Source: Octopus bimaculoides (taxonomy: Eukaryota). From it: a stretch of 64,000 nt of DNA. Of the stretch, positions 62,593 through 64,000 are shown piece by piece. The notes beneath the pieces are model-generated. The model saw only the letters and a program-made list of their open reading frames with translations, ran no database searches and had not been told where the DNA came from. The translations under genes were made by a program, and so were the position numbers. Each line of letters starts with the position of its first letter. The stretch's first letter is position 1. Where the stretch lies: NCBI RefSeq assembly GCF_001194135.2, contig NC_068984.1:16529681-16593680 (forward strand), written 5' to 3'.

Positions 62593-64000
62593 TCGTATGG
62601 CGATTCAGTTTCTTGTGATCCTTCGTCAAATATTTGTTGCTTCATTTTGGGTCGACGCATTGCAAATTTCTTTGGCATTATTAACTCCTTTGCTCACTAG
62701 CTTGTCCCTTTCGATACACCCTATACGTGTATGTACAGCAGAACTAAAAGTGCGGACCGTCCCTCATTCCGTTACGTTACTGTTAAAAGGATATGTTTTT
62801 CTTTTTTCCTACTTCGGTGCTATTATCCGCTTGCACACTACTGAAAACATCGTTTATTAAAGCCACAGGCCGCCCAAAATGTTTATTATAGTCACAGGTC
62901 AACCAAAGCTGTGTAACTGAAAATTTGGCTTGAAGAAATTGTGTAGCACTCTGTCAGAGAGAGTGTCGTTGGTCTTAGGAGGTAGACTGAATGCCTCGTC
63001 TTTTAAATAAAAACACCTTATGGATACTGGGCGTCTGTATCTCAGTGGAGCCCACCCTGTTGCAATTATTTGGGCCTGATCTCTGGATTTGAGGCTAACT
63101 TTCATCCTTCTTCCACCACTCTGGATTGCTCTCAAAAAGGATTACGGGCGTTTCTTTCTTCTCTGACTAAATGATAAAAATAAAATTGAATTTAACTTTC
63201 GATGTTTCTGTTCTTCTTCGTACTCCGATATATTTCACAATTAGCTATTTTCTTTAATTATATTTATAGCAATTCACTTAAAGTATTTTTAATTCTGAAT
63301 AAATTTAATAACTTACGTCACAGCAGAATTTGCAAATTAGTTCCAGTTCGCAGTTGCTTTTGTGAATTTCTGGGATATACATCTGTTCGTGCAGACTTAC
63401 AACATGTAAGTAGCCAGCCGGCTGAATCTATTGCCTCATGTATACAAATCAGAGTCTCCGAGAGAAATTTGACAACTGTTTTCAAGGTACTTATAAATCT
63501 TTTCTTTTATTAGTTTTTGGTACTGTTGAGTCTGGAGAATGGTGGACGTGAGAGAATATTTCAGATTTAAAAGTTTGTTTCGCGCAGAGTTGTTGCTTGC
63601 AGATTTCTTCCATGTGCATTTATAATAGACTATGTTATTTTACCGTTTTCTGTGTATTGCTATCGTTCTGGCCATTTCGTTTTTTTTTTTTCTCTTTCTT
63701 TTTCTGATAAATTATCCAGTGTATTTATATATTTTAATACGAATGAGTGAAATTTGAAAGAAATTTGGCGATTGTTTCTAAGAGATCAACTGGCAATGCA
63801 AAGGCTCCTTCGTAGACTCGTCAATTCACAGTTTTGTTTATATTTCATTTTATTATTTTTACACTTTACTTTTTGTATTGCAAAATCTCAGCCACATGAT
63901 GTCGCGCCTAGGCGACTGCTTCAACTGACGGTACCGTCAGTCGGCGTTTTTCAGTGCAACACCTTTTATTTGTTCAAATACATGTTATTGGCTCGTTTGA

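Noticed and set aside
148-63513. Numerous 60-145 aa ORFs rich in IY, HT, VC, LS or X
   Set aside because: They are translations of microsatellites, SINEs, RTE tails or N-gaps, with no coding signal.

Overview
AT-rich, repeat-dense animal genomic DNA with scaffold N-gaps. The SINE and LINE repertoire looks octopus-like (inferred from recognisable repeat consensus motifs, not from a search). Two convergent protein-coding genes can be assembled by hand with canonical splice sites and consistent intron phases. (1) A + strand glycine-rich-domain protein (DUF1399/GRDP-like), CDS join(14674-16061, 28214-28364, 30977-31115, 34831-35423), 756 aa, ending in a (Gly-Gly-Cys)n-Gly-Gly tail. (2) A - strand TAF1A (RNA Pol I SL1 subunit), CDS join(58107-57532, 53051-52182), 481 aa. 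The rest is SINEs, 5'-truncated RTE LINE tails, decayed RTE, Gypsy, mariner and hAT relics, MITEs, microsatellites and a tRNA-Val pseudogene. The most striking signal is a set of minimal type I hammerhead ribozyme motifs in three unrelated small elements. One is a tRNA-headed SINE carrying a Penelope-type hammerhead (6823-7208, with a 5' inversion and a 14-bp TSD; second copy 53236-53715). One is a hammerhead bracketed by a perfect 63-bp inverted repeat in GRDP intron 2 (30628-30852). One is a degenerate motif at 5887-5964. Also notable: Merlin-like MITEs with central telomeric tracts (one is a G4-capable palindrome), a fold-back mariner built from two 3' ends, and a 140-bp hairpin downstream of TAF1A. 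No CRISPR, rRNA or prokaryotic features are supported. Repeat boundaries are approximate unless a TIR or TSD is quoted.
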